DNA of 64,000 bases, from NCBI RefSeq assembly GCF_009914755.1, contig NC_060941.1; one strand, written 5' to 3'. The notes under the pieces were generated by a model. It made no database searches. It saw only the letters and a program-made list of their open reading frames with translations, and had not been told where the DNA came from. The stretch's first letter is position 1. Every line of letters starts with the position of its first letter. This document shows, in pieces, positions 25,873 through 43,449 of this stretch. Source of the DNA: the human T2T-CHM13v2.0 reference genome, Homo sapiens. The position numbers and the translations under genes were made by a program.

Positions 25873-26461
25873 CTCATATTGGCTTTCTAGGCAGCAGGAT
25901 GGAGGAAGGTGCAAAGAAGGAAGGGACAGCCGGAACTTAGTCACATGGCCACACTTAGCTTCATGGAAGCCTGGATGTGGAACCTTCATTCTGGATGGCC
26001 ATGCACCCAGCTGATTTTTTTCTTTTTTTTTTTTTGAGACATGGTCTCACTTTGTTGCCCAGGCTGGAGTACAGTGGCCTGATCACGGCTCACTGCAGCC
26101 TCAACTTCCTGAGCTCAAGTGATCCTCTTGCCTCAGCCTCCAAGTAGCTGGGAATACAAGTGCACACCACCACACCCAGTTAATTTTTAATTTTTATTTT
26201 TTGTAGAGACACGGTCTTGCCATGTTGCCCAGGGTGGTCTTGAACTCTCAGGCTCAAGCAGTCCTCCTGCCTCAGCCTCCTGAAGTGCTGGGATTACAGG
26301 TGTGAGCCACTACACCCAGCCAAATATCAGGTGTTTGTGTTTCTTTGTTTTTTTGAGACAGGGTCGCACTCTGTCACCCAGGCTGGAATGTAGTGGCTTG
26401 ATCTCTGCTCACTGCAGCTTCCACCTTCTGGGCTCAAGGGCTTCTTACCTCAGTTTCTTAA

Positions 26462-26665
<204 letters not shown>

Positions 26666-27606
26666 TGAGGGTTTTGCTCCACCCTCTTTCTTTTTGGACA
26701 AGGTCTGGCTCTGTTGCTCAGGCTGGAGTGCAGTGGTGCAATCATAGCTCAGTGCAGCCTGGAACTCCTGGGCTTAAATGATCCTCCCACCTCAGCCTCC
26801 CGAGTAGCTGTGGGACTACAGGTGTGCGCCATCATGCCTAGCTCGCTTCCTTCTTCTTGCATCAGGTGTTGCTTATGAGATGTCAACTGAAAATCTGATT
26901 TTCATTTTACCTTTGTAGGTCATCTCTTTTTCCTCCTAGAAGTCTTCAAATGAGAGAGAATGACTTATGCAGAGCAATTGGGATGCGGGAGCACAAACCA
27001 TTTCCTCACCATTCGCCACTGACTCGTGGTGCTTGTCCTCCCCACCAGACTCCGTCGTTCGCCTGCCTTCTGTGTCTGCCGCTCAGTGAACGTGGATGTC
27101 CTCCAGCTCTGGCTCGCCCTGAGTGATGGCATCCTCCTGTGGCTTTAGCTACCGCCCGTGAGATGAATCCCAAATTTATCTCCACAGCTTAATCCCTTTT
27201 CTCAACCTCTAAGGTACAAAATTATCTAGTCATCCACTGGGTATCTCCACCCGACTGACCGACAAGCACCTCCATCCCCCCCATGTGCCAATCTCAACTC
27301 TCCAGTGCCTCTCACCTCAAGCTGAACCTCCCATTTGTCCCTGTCTCAAGGAACTGGGCAAGTTTGCCCTTTATCCCAAGCCAGAACCTACCATTTCTGA
27401 GGTCTATACCTCTGTATGTTACTGTCCCTCCCTGAACTTTCTTCTTCCTTTGCTAATTCTCATTCATCTTCCATAACTCAGTTGAGGGACAATGTTTTTA
27501 GGAAAGCGTTTCCTGGTTTCCTCCTGCCTCAGTCTGTGTTGGGTGTCCTCTCTTGGGCTCCCAATGTCTGGAGAGTCCCTGTGCCCCATCATCACTGTAT
27601 ACTTCC

Positions 27607-27898
<292 letters not shown>

Positions 27899-28189
27899 CA
27901 TCACTGTATACTTTCTAATCATCTGAACCCTCACTGGGACTGTGAACTATGTGAAGTTAGACACTGGATCTCATTTTCGAATCTCCAGCTATAGTGGGAC
28001 ATCTGGCACATACAAGTGGCAGCTTCTTTTTTGTTTGTTTGTTTTGAGACGGAGTCTCGCTCTGCCGCCCAGGCTGGAGTGCAGTGGTGTGATCTCAGCT
28101 CACTGCAACCTCTGCCTCCTGGGTTCAAGCAATTCTCTGCCTCAGTTTCTCGAATAGCTGGGATTACAGGCACCCGACAGGTAGCAGCT

Positions 28190-28780
28190 TCTATGGTTTG
28201 CTGTCCAGCCCATTTTTTGTGCACCTCCTGATAACTGCACCCCCATTTCTTTGAGGAACTGCCTCTCTCCCTCTACATGGTCCTGAGGAGCTGAGCTGTG
28301 GTGCTGTCTTCTACTTCCACCTCCTCTGCAAAGGCGGGCATGTGACCAGGCTGGGTTAATCAGTTTTTCATGTCCCTGGCAACAGTGGTTAGACCAATGG
28401 GTATCAGTGACCCAAGCAGGACCAATCAGATTCTTTTTTGGAATTACCCTACAGACACTGGAAGGAGGTCCCTTTCATGTTGGGATTGCTAGTTGAGATG
28501 TTATAGGCATGGGGCTGCAGGTGGCCATCTTCCCGCCTTCTGGAGGGAGTCGGTGTGTAGAAAAAAGGCAAGCAGACACAAGTGGAGATGAGACATGGGC
28601 AAGGATGGAGCCCTGGTGGCCTTGTGTCCTGAGTTCCAGTCCTGTTGGTGCCTGTTGCCCTCCTTCAGCCCTTTAGACTCTTAGAGTACAGTGTCCTCCC
28701 AGTGTGAGCCAGCAAGTTCCCTCTTAAAGTTGGTTTGAGTGGGTTTCTGCTGCCTGTAACTAAAAGAGTTCTGACTAATA
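28190..28780 (+). mobile_element. LTR16/LTR33-like ERVL LTR
   Basis: gtgacccaagcaggaccaatcaga; end ttgagtgggtttctg..aactaaaagagttctgactaata. Confidence 0.6.
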
Positions 28781-28949
28781 GAGGACTCCACACAAATTTA
28801 ATGAAAACACTCATAAACTAAGTGAACCATCTCAGGCGCCTCTCTCCCACCCTCTGAGGTGGTGCAGCAAGACCTCCTCATCTATGCTCTTTGAAGAGGC
28901 TGATACTACCCCCTGCCTGCACTTGCAGTCTCCAGTCTGAACTCTGCAG

Positions 28950-29390
28950 CATGGCAAGTGAGACCTTTGTGATCTGACCTCAACTTCCCCAGCAAATTTC
29001 CCATGCTCTTCCTAGGCAGTCTCTGTTCCAGCCAGTTCCTTGCACATAGGTCACTGAACTTGCCCTGTTGTTTCAGATGGCTGCATGTGCCTCACATTGA
29101 TGCTCTTATCCTAGCTGATTAATCCTGACCCACCCTCCAAGACCAATCCCAAGGGCATCTCCTCAAAAGCCTTTCCTGCCCCACCCAAGCATAGTTCAGC
29201 CCCCTTTTCTGCAGTAATCACCCCCCACTGCAAACCCATCACATGAAATCACAGTCATTGCTTACTCATCTGTCCTTCCTCTACTATGCAGGGTCCCTCA
29301 AGGGCAGAGGCATGTTCTTTATCTGCCTTTGTAGCCCTGTCTCCCAGCACTCATAGTATATTGTCAACAAACACATGTTGTGACTGGTCT
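28950..29390 (+). mobile_element. L2 3' fragment
   Basis: agggcagaggcatgttcttt..cccagcac..caacaaacacatgttg L2 terminus. Confidence 0.6.
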
Positions 29391-29882
29391 TGGGAAGAGA
29401 CTTCATTTCCTTCTCTATAAAATGGTGGAAAGGGAGTTCTTCTGACCCTGCACACCCCCAGGTTTCAGGTTTCAGAAGAGAGGCAAGTCTTATGATCATC
29501 CATCAGGACCCACTCCATGCCAAGAGGGTGGAGAGCAGAAAGACACTGTGGACCTCATCGGACTAGCCCGTGTCTACACTGGCTTCTGGTACAGTTGATG
29601 ATGGGTCCATTTAACTTAGAGTACCCTGATTCTCCCTGAGAGTCTCTGAGCTTTGAGCAGCCCAGTCTCCTCCCTCATTTTCCACCACCAGATGTGACAA
29701 AAAGAGAGGGGAGGTTCTAGGAGGTCTCCTGACCCTCCATTCATGTGTCAGGACAGAGACATCCTGGGGAGGTGCTGGAGGAGCTTTGGGGAAGTCAGAG
29801 AAGAGGACTGGGAAAATTCTCTCTGTTGCATGCACTCAAGTCCCTGGCTGTGACTGTGTTACTGTATGAGCCTTCCCACACC

Positions 29883-30085
29883 AGTGGGAGGCAGTATAGT
29901 GGAGTGCTTAACAGCAGAGAATCTGGAATCCAGAGTAGCTGTGCAGCTTTAGGCAAGTCACCTAACTTCTCTGTCCCACAATTTCCTCATCTGTAAAATA
30001 GGGATGATAAAAGTAGTTACCTCACAGGGTAGCTTGTGAGGAAGAAGAGTTATTTCTAAAGCACATAATAACTGCTATTAGTTGC
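29883..30085 (+). mobile_element. MIR
   Basis: ggcaagtcacctaacttctctgtcccacaatttcctcatctgtaaaatagggat core. Confidence 0.85.
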
Positions 30086-30221
30086 TTATATATACAATAA
30101 TAGGGTTTCCTGTGTTGAAACTTAATCTTGGGACCCATGAATTCTTTTTGTCCTTAATAAAGAGACCACTCAATGGGCCCATGAGCAGAGTGGGGGTGGG
30201 ATGGAAATGGTTATGAAACTG

Positions 30222-30542
30222 CAGTCATGTGTCCCTTAATGACGGGTAGGGATGCGTCGTTAGGTGATTTCATTGTGGTGGGAACATCAGAGTGTACTTC
30301 CACAAACCCGGATGGTATAGCCCACTTCACACCTAGGCTATGCGGCATAGCCTATTGCTCCTAGGCTACAAACGTGTACAGCATGTTACTGCACTGAATA
30401 CTGTAGGCACTTGTAACACAATGGTAAGTATTTGTGTATCTAAACATATAAAATGCACAGTAAAAATACCATATTATAATCTTATGGGACGACTGTCATT
30501 TATGCGGTCCATTCTTGACAAATATTATGCGGTCCATGACTG
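30222..30542. mobile_element. Tigger3a-like DNA transposon
   Basis: TIRs cagtcatg ... catgactg; cctaggcta..gcctattgctcctaggctac core. Confidence 0.85.
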
Positions 30543-31467
30543 TGCATGGAAGATGGAAAAGACATAGTGAAATTCCTCAAGCATCCACAAGAGGGCTCCC
30601 CAATCTCCCCAAAGCACCCACTTCACTATGATGAAGAGCCTCGTAGGACTCATTGCCTTTTCTTCTACTTGGGTATCTATCGAAGCAGGTCAGTGAGAAT
30701 CAGGCCACAAATGTGTGATGATGGCTGAAGGTGCCGCCTAGTGATGGCAAATGACCCATATAGAAGCATCTCCTAACTCAGGCTGTGTGCACCCCAATAC
30801 ACACCACCTCTTATCCCGCAGAGACACAGATATCCCCAACCTTTAGCCCTGTCCCCCAGGACACTGGGGAGAGGGAAAGTCACATTCTCTGTGGAAAACT
30901 ATGCCGGTTCCCTCCCCCACGCCCACCCCTGGGAGTCAGGCCCCTCCACCAGCCTCACCCACTGGGCCCTCATAGTGATCTGGCCCCTAAGCAGCCACAG
31001 ACCTCTCCCCAACCACTCCTGCCTCCCCAGCTACCTGAGCCTGACCATGGTCTGGGCTAGGTCACGTGGGTCTAGCTCTGGCCCTCACCTCTGGTTTTTG
31101 GGAGAGAGTTGTTAGTGGGATGGGAGTGAGGTGGGGAGATGGGAGACATCCCTGTGTCCTGCAGAGAGGGTGAGGATTGGGGTGAGAACAGGGTGGTGAT
31201 TAGGCCCACTGCCCAATTCAGCAGAGAACTCATGAGTGACAAGGGACGCCACTGCTCTGGCGTGTACCTAGGAAGCGGGAGAGAAGGTGGAAGATCAGAA
31301 GAGAGGTCACGCAACCCTCCCTCCCTACAATGCAGGCCCAGGCCACCTCCCTGAAGCTGGGCTCTGTGGGGATGCAGCCCGCAGGGATCCAGACGTAGCG
31401 GAGTCACTCCTGACCCCTCACCCTCCTTTCCCAGCTCTCACATGCGTAGAGGGAGTGAGGGGCAGAG

Positions 31468-31575
31468 GAAAGAGCACTGAATTCTTCAGGAGGCCTGGGT
31501 TCTAGGCCTGCTCTGTCATGCACTGTCATCGCCCCGCTGAGGTTCAGGTTCCTCATCTGTAAGGAAGGATATGAC
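31468..31575 (+). mobile_element. MIR fragment (paralogous to 55340-55452)
   Basis: aagagcactg..ctgggttct..ttcctcatctgtaa. Confidence 0.65.
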
Positions 31576-31999
31576 ACCATCCAGCCCCAGCAATGGCAGA
31601 TTGGCTCTCATGGATGATGGAATCAGAGTTTGGAAGGGAGCGGGGATAAGGGCCCTGCCAACTGTAGATGGGAACCATAGTTCCTAAAATTACCTACCAG
31701 TTTAGTTGCGGCAGGAGCAGAGCAGACCCTTAGTGGAGTCTAAGGTCCACCATCACTCTCTTAAAAGACAGGGTTACTTCGCCATCAGTTCCTGGGACAG
31801 AGCACCGTCCCGTGTCTGCCATCTGACTAATCCTCCTCTCCAGCTACGGAGGCTTGGGCTGTGGGGAGTCTTGCCCCACCCACCTCAGATACAGAAGACA
31901 ATGTGGTTAAAAGAGGCCAGAAAGTTCTAGAAGAGCTGGCAAAGATGCAGGTTGAGAGGACAGAAATGGGCACTTGCCCCCAGGCATCACCTTCAGCGC

Positions 32000-32500
32000 A
32001 CACTCTGGGACCGACCCGGGTGGCCCAGGGGTGGGATGTGGCGGGGACATGTGGACCCCGAGGCGCCTGCAGGCCGGCGGGTGTGGACAGCAGCCTTGCA
32101 GGAAGGAGCAGCGCGGGGCAGAGCCCGGGGCTCTCGGTGCAGCAGGCCGGGTGGCCGCGGGGCAGAGCCGGAGGACCAGAGACGCCCGAGCGGGAGGGAC
32201 CCGGCGCGCCTTGGCCTCGATCGCCTGCGCCCTGAGCGGCGCGGACCAGTCCGCTGCCTTTCTCGGCTTCCTGGGGGCTGCCGGGCTCGGAGCACGCGGA
32301 GAAGGCGCAGGGTTCGCAGCAGCGCTCGGACTCAGTCCCCCAATGACGGGGAAGACCGGCTGGGACCCGGGCCGGGGGCCAGGGAGGCAGCAGAGTCTAC
32401 TCGTGGTCCGTCCGCACACAGCGGGGTTCCGCTCACCAACAGTGACGAGGGGCGCGGCGGGACCCGCAGAGAGAGCAGGTCCCTGGCAGCCGTCATCTTG
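32000..32500. promoter_or_regulatory. CpG island (orphan)
   Basis: Very GC-rich with dense CpG against a CpG-poor background. Confidence 0.75.
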
Positions 32501-32636
32501 GTGGCCCTCTACCACCCTAGCTACTGAAGAGGCTGAGGAGGCTATAGGATGGCCACAGAAAAGGCACCTCAGGTCCCCTCAATTGAAGTATTGAGGATCA
32601 AGAGGTGGTTGGATTAGACGAAGGAGGGTTAGACCC

Positions 32637-32979
32637 TTTTTTTTTTTTACTTTTTAAGTTCTAGGGTACATGTGCACAATGTGCAGGTTTGTTACATATG
32701 TATACATGTGCCACGTTGGTGTGCTGCACCTATTAACTCGTCATTTACATTAGGTATTTCTCCTAATGCTATCCTTTCCCCAGCCCCCCACCCCAAGACC
32801 GGCCGCGGTGTGTGATGTTCCCCGCCCTGTGTCCAAGTGTTCTCATTGTTCAATTCCCACCTACGAGTGAGAACATGCAGTGTTTGGTTTTCTGTCTTTG
32901 TGATAGTTTGCTCAAAATGATGGTTTCCAGCTTCATCCAAGTCCCTGCAAAGGACATGAACTCATCCTTTTTTATGGCT
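32637..32979 (-). mobile_element. L1PA 3' end fragment
   Basis: poly-T then aagttctagggtacatgtgcacaatgtgcagg; C-terminal ORF2 sequence. Confidence 0.92.
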
Positions 32980-34042
32980 AGGAGGGGTCAAGGACCAATG
33001 GCCTCCTTCCAGGCTCAAATGCTCCTTTGCATTTCTTTTGATCACTGTTGTTTTTTTCTTGCAGATCAAAGTGATGAAAGTCAATTTTAGAAAATTTGAG
33101 AATTTACAACAAAAGTAAGAAAATTATAAATTGCTCCTAATGTTATCACCAAGAGACAATCTTATTGTCTTTATTAATATTAAATTAATATATACAAAAT
33201 CACACTGTATTTAAATTTGGCTGGTCACGGTGGCTCACGCCTGTAATCCCAGCACTTTGGGAGCCCAAGGAGGGAGGATCGCTTGAGTCCAGGAATTTGA
33301 GACCAGCCTGGGCAACATAGGGAGACTCCGTCTCTACAAAACATACAAAAACTAGCCGGGCGTGGTTGTGTGTGCCTGTAGTCCTAGCTGTTTGGGAGGC
33401 TGAGATGGGATGATCGCTTGAGCCTGGGAGGTTGAGGCCGTAGTGAGTGAGCTGTGATCACACCACTGCACTCCAGCCTGGGTGACAGAGTGAAACCCTG
33501 TCTCAAAAATAAACAAACAAACAAAAAAAAACAAAAAAACCAAAATTATATCAAGAACATTTTCCCATATCATCAAATAATTTATAAAAGCATGATTTTT
33601 AAAGTCCATATTATATTTAATTGGAAGAGTAGATGACAACTTATTTAGTCAATTCCTTATTGATAGAAGGTTAGATTGTCAATCTCTAAATAGTCTCTAA
33701 ATTTTGCCACAGCCAACATCCTTGCACATGAATCTGTGCCAACATATGCCTATTCTTTTAGGATAAGAACTAAGACAAGAACCATTGGGTGAAATATTAT
33801 GAATTTTTTTTCTCAAATTTATTTTTATTCCAAAAGAAGTACCAGCTCCTTGTAAATGATATAACCAGTCCTAAAGGACCCAGAAAAGAACACTGAAGTC
33901 TCTCTCCACTCTTTGTAAACTCCCCGGAGGTGACAGAGCCCTCATTTTTCCAGGAAGAGGTCAAGATTTTCCTGTGTGCATTGTGAGGTAGACATACTCT
34001 TGTATATATATGTATATGGCAAGGAACAGCAGATCACACTTA

Positions 34043-34444
<402 letters not shown>

Positions 34445-35979
34445 TCAAACTGGGAAGGAGAGTAGAGTGTGAAAAGCTGGGGACTGAAGGCCTCTTCGGA
34501 CTTGCAGTGTCCCTGTGTCGCTGTGTCGGTAGGAGTGGTCACAGTGATGCGAGCCTGGCCTACTCCCTGTGAGTGCCTATCAGGAGAGGTCCCCAGACTC
34601 CTGAGGCTGGAGTGCTGGAGGGGAGACCCCAGAGTTGGGGGGGGGGCGTGTAGATTGGGTGGAAGTCATTATCTCAGTGCCATTAAGGTCCATGATTCTG
34701 GGGAGACAGGGGACCCAAGTCGCAGGGGAAGGACTGGTCTCTTTGGCAGAACCTGGAACAAAGACTTGCAGGTCCTCGGCCTGCCTGGGGTGCACGGCTT
34801 TCCAAGCCAAGGGAACTCTCTCAGCAAACTAAAGGGACCCTCCCTGCCTGGACATGGGCCACCTGATCCGAACAGCTCTGGCTCTGTTGGGCTGAACTGC
34901 TCTCCTGCACACAGCTGGGCCACCACCCTTCAGGCCCTCCCTTACTAGTCTGAGAGCCCAGAGGCCTCCTCTGCCCTCCTCAAGCAGAAGACCCTCCTCT
35001 ATGCCAACCCCCAGAGCTGAGGAAATTCCAACAACCCAAGCAGCTAGTTGAGAAGAACCATGAGTGGGCAAAGATCCCAGGCCATTTAAGATGACTGTGG
35101 TTCAAAGGAGAGATCATGAAGCGGGACCTGAGGAAGGCTGGACCATGCATGGGTCACCCGTGAAGGACAATACCCCCAGGCCATCGCACCCTGGACTGTC
35201 CCCAAGGACCTGTGTGAGGGGCTGTCACTTGAGGGACTTTTAGATGATACCCATGACCGTGCTGTAGAGATGCTTTTCATGTCGCATATTAACAGTTGTG
35301 GGTCCAATGGGGTGGGTTTCCTGCCCGGGAGTTCTGCTCTGACACTTGAGGCTATGGTTGACATCCTCCTTCCAACCCCTAGGGTGAGGTCTTACTCACT
35401 CTAGGTAGGTGACCACGCATCTCAGCTCAGTCTGCTGCTAATTAAATGCTCAGCTGTTACATGGAGATAGAATTAAATCAGGAGTCTGAGGAAGCTGATC
35501 ATTATCACAACAATTATGTTCTGTTTGGTGCCTACAATGACCCAGGCATTTTACATCGCTTTTTACTTTTTTAGTGTTTATAATTGCCTCCCAGGTAAAT
35601 ACTCTTCCCTGGTTTACTGAAGAAGAAGTGAAGTTCAAAGAAATTCAGTAACTTAACCAAGAAAAAATCAGTAGCAGATTATGGGCTGGGGCTCATGTTT
35701 TTCATTTCTCTATGTTCTTAAAACTTTTGAAAGACTTATATAATATTTTTTACATTTAAGTGAAATTATAACAAGGATAACTTTACCCTAATATGACAAC
35801 AAAAGCAAATTGCTTGGAAAACCTGGAAAAACCAGAACAAAGTTCCATGTGGGTTGTCACTTCTAAGACTGACTGCATCCCTGAGATGAGCTGTCAGTGA
35901 TCATCAAATCAAAGATCACTGTCCCTGGAATCACCTGAGAGGAAATGAACAAATTAACAAAAAAGAAAAATAAGAAAGC

Positions 35980-36690
<711 letters not shown>

Positions 36691-36840
36691 AAGCTAGAGC
36701 TCTGAGAAAAGGTCCCTAAAATACCTCACATAAGATGGTGTCAGGATGGGGGTGGTTTTGAAGGGAGAGCCTGGGGGATTCCTTTATCTGACCCGACAAG
36801 AGACTTTTTTCTCTCTCTGCCTTATCTGGGGAGAGGCTGA

Positions 36841-37268
<428 letters not shown>

Positions 37269-38189
37269 TGATCCTCCTGCCCAGCCTCCCGAGTACTTGG
37301 GATTACAGCCATGTACTATGGTACCTGGCTTTGAAACCTTTATTCTTCCTCAACCCCTCTCTCCCACCGCCTCTCCAGCAAACCAACAGACCATCATTCC
37401 TGCTACCGTTTTAAGCCTCTTTATCAATCCCCTGTCTCTGGAAGGATGGTCTTTCTCCTGCCCCAGCTTTCCAGGGGCAGATCATTTTCAGCTCATACCA
37501 TTCCCCAGTCTCAGGTCTGCAAATACAGAACAGACACTGAAGACAAGATTTTCTGATACCTGCCTTCTGTGAACATCACTTCATTCCCTGTGGCTTTTCC
37601 CAGCCCCTCCTTCAGTGGAAAAACCATCATGTTGTCTTGTAAGAAAATGTCATGGAATGGTAAGCTGACCTGAACTTGGCCATGAGTACCCTTCCTGACC
37701 CATGAGGTAGGGTCCTTACAGGCCACACCCTTGCCATCCCCAAGTGTGCAGACCCCATAAAAACAGGTGAATTTCTTCCATGTCCTCTTCACATCCCATT
37801 CAGTATGCCCCAAATCACATCTCTCCTTGTCTCAAGTAGCAACTCCCATCCTACTGCACTTGGCTCCCATTTTCCCAACACATCCTTCTTCCATCTCATA
37901 CAAACACCCCTTTCCACAGAGGCAGGTAGAACCTCCATTCTAAGATGTAAAAAATTTTTCCTTCCCCAGCTTGTACACACAATGGCCTTCTGCTGTCCCT
38001 GTAACTTATCTGACATGTACTTCTCTTTGAACACACTTCTTTCCTCACGGTCCTCTCTGGATGAGGTTCGCATCTTCCCCAGCCCCTCATACCACAGGGA
38101 CAGTGGGGGAGGTTTGGGATTATTCTGGCTCTTATTTTCACTTCTAACAACTCCTCAGGAAACTGTGGCCCAGTGTCAGTCCCTATTCT

Positions 38190-38670
<481 letters not shown>

Positions 38671-38939
38671 TCTATATTAATGAGATGTAAGGTCAGAGAA
38701 AGATCTGCGCATAGACAAGAGATATCTTTCCTTCTCTGTAGGTCCATCTTACACCACCAATTTGCATCTGTCACTGAAAACAGATGAGCTATGGCATTAG
38801 AAAGGGGTTCCAGAGTGCTCGTAAATCTTCAAAAGCCCATTTCATCAGCATCAGCCTTACCAGCAAGTAGCTGATAGTGAAGATAAACCAGAATTTCCTC
38901 TTTCTAATTCCTATATATTCTGACATTTTCTTGGTAAAG

Positions 38940-38943
38940 GTGT

Positions 38944-38979
<36 letters not shown>
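38940..38979. repeat. (TG)n microsatellite
   Basis: Direct. Confidence 0.95.
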
Positions 38980-38980
<1 letters not shown>

Positions 38981-39499
38981 TTGTATAAAGCAGGGAGGTT
39001 GATTTTGCCACACACCACAGTCTGATGTGAATTCGACCCATGAGGAGCTCCTCTCTGGTTGTGTATGATTTGTGGGTGTCACCCTCCATCATTTCAGTAC
39101 TGAGACATATTTTGTTTTTATTTTTAGTTTTGATCACTTTAGGAATACAAGGGTTTAGACATCCCTGTATTATGCTAGCAGCTTTCCTAGAATTCCTACC
39201 TTTCGGCCAGTGGATCACTAATCAGAGCAGACTACAGATGTCCCTTAAACTGTGCTAGGTTTATAAAGACCCTTATAAGGCATAGCTCACACCCCATCAG
39301 GAAAGTCATGACTGGTAGAGGAACCATGTGACCTAATTGTCTGGAAGAGGGTAGAAGAAATGAGACAGAGGCTTCTCTCATCTTTGCTGTTGCAGAAGAC
39401 CAGGCCCAGCACAGAGAAGTGGAGCATCAACACCCTGTCCCAGATGTCCAACACCGTTCTCTTCCCATATCCCATGGAGGTTCCATGGGACTGAGAATC

Positions 39500-39900
39500 T
39501 GTTTTGGAGAATAAACGCTGAGTCAAGACCTCTTTGAAGACAGTCAGCTCCAGGAGAGGCAATATAGTCCTGGCCATAATTGAAACTTTTACTGAAACTT
39601 TCTCTAGGAAGTCCCAGGTTCAAAGGCAAAGATTTTGGATGAGGTCCTAGCAAGTACAACAGGGAGGAATCCAAAGCACTGTAGACCCCAGGTCAGCGCT
39701 TTCCGCTGTCCATGGTGCTGGAGGCTGCAAGAGTTTTGGAGCAGAGGAGACTGACAGGGAGCTAATTATGACATATGGCCTAGTGGTCAATAATTTGAGA
39801 AGGTTCCCCATTAGGATCATGTGAAATCACTCCATGAGGAGGCCTCCCATCTTGACTCAGCTAGACTGCTGCACTAACCTTTCGAATCTCCCACTGGGAT
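39500..39900 (-). pseudogene. Possible additional LRR fragment, convergent on the 34.5-39.5 kb unit
   Basis: With single-base frameshifts: SSLLYL/DLIQN/FAFEPGTS and FNYGQDYIAS/LELTVFKEVLTQ, fitting LxLxxNxIxxLxxxxFxxL spacing. Confidence 0.35.
39702..39722 (-). promoter_or_regulatory. RE1/NRSE (REST-binding) site
   Basis: TCCAGCACCATGGACAGCGGA vs consensus TTCAGCACCACGGACAGCGCC; both half-sites and the spacer intact. Confidence 0.7.
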
Positions 39901-40009
39901 GTAGGGTCCTGGGAATCATATTTTAGAGTAAGCTTGAAAAAACAAAAAACAAACAAACAAACAAAAAAGTGAGATTGATAGGCAGTGACCTAATTGTACA
40001 TTGGGGAAA

Positions 40010-43433
<3,424 letters not shown>

Positions 43434-43449
43434 TTACTTGTACTTTCAA

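Larger units (their letters stand above)
29390..30770 (-). pseudogene. Degraded TLR-like gene, N-terminal part, interrupted by Tigger3a and MIR; paralog of the 56180 unit
   Basis: Nucleotide match to 56.2-56.55 kb (ggggagccctcttgtggatgcttgaggaatttcac vs ggggtgccctcttgaggatgcctggagaatctcac); LRR-like IFPVLFSDFPK and LASLLKPET. Confidence 0.5.
30790..32560 (-). pseudogene. Degraded TLR-like gene (LRR-NT, LRRs, LRR-CT, TIR region); GC-rich 5' half; MIR inserted
   Basis: PGTCSLC..RHCW*AEPRCV (LRR-NT-like), ASLPALLELS, SQELMAK, LCSCRN; collinear inverted homology to 54.5-56.1 kb, where TIR-like motifs are readable. Confidence 0.55.

Noticed and set aside
31822-31846. Branch point, pyrimidine tract and AG at the edge of the GC-rich repeat (also at ~54930), suggesting a conserved exon on the strand opposite the TLR reading
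   Set aside because: The AG is absent in the 44 kb copy, no frame is shared among copies, and the LRR/TIR remnants lie on the other strand. Secondary use in a lncRNA is not excluded.
31861-32594. Overlapping 120-220 aa ORFs in the GC-rich blocks (also 43446-44278) as functional proteins
   Set aside because: Expected from stop-codon scarcity at high GC; indels between paralogs break every frame.
37980-38150. AFCCPCNLS as LRR-CT and GLGLFWLLFSLL as a transmembrane helix
   Set aside because: Both fit ordinary LRR register better (NLSDMYFSLNTL; LFSLLTTPQE), and LRR-like sequence continues downstream.
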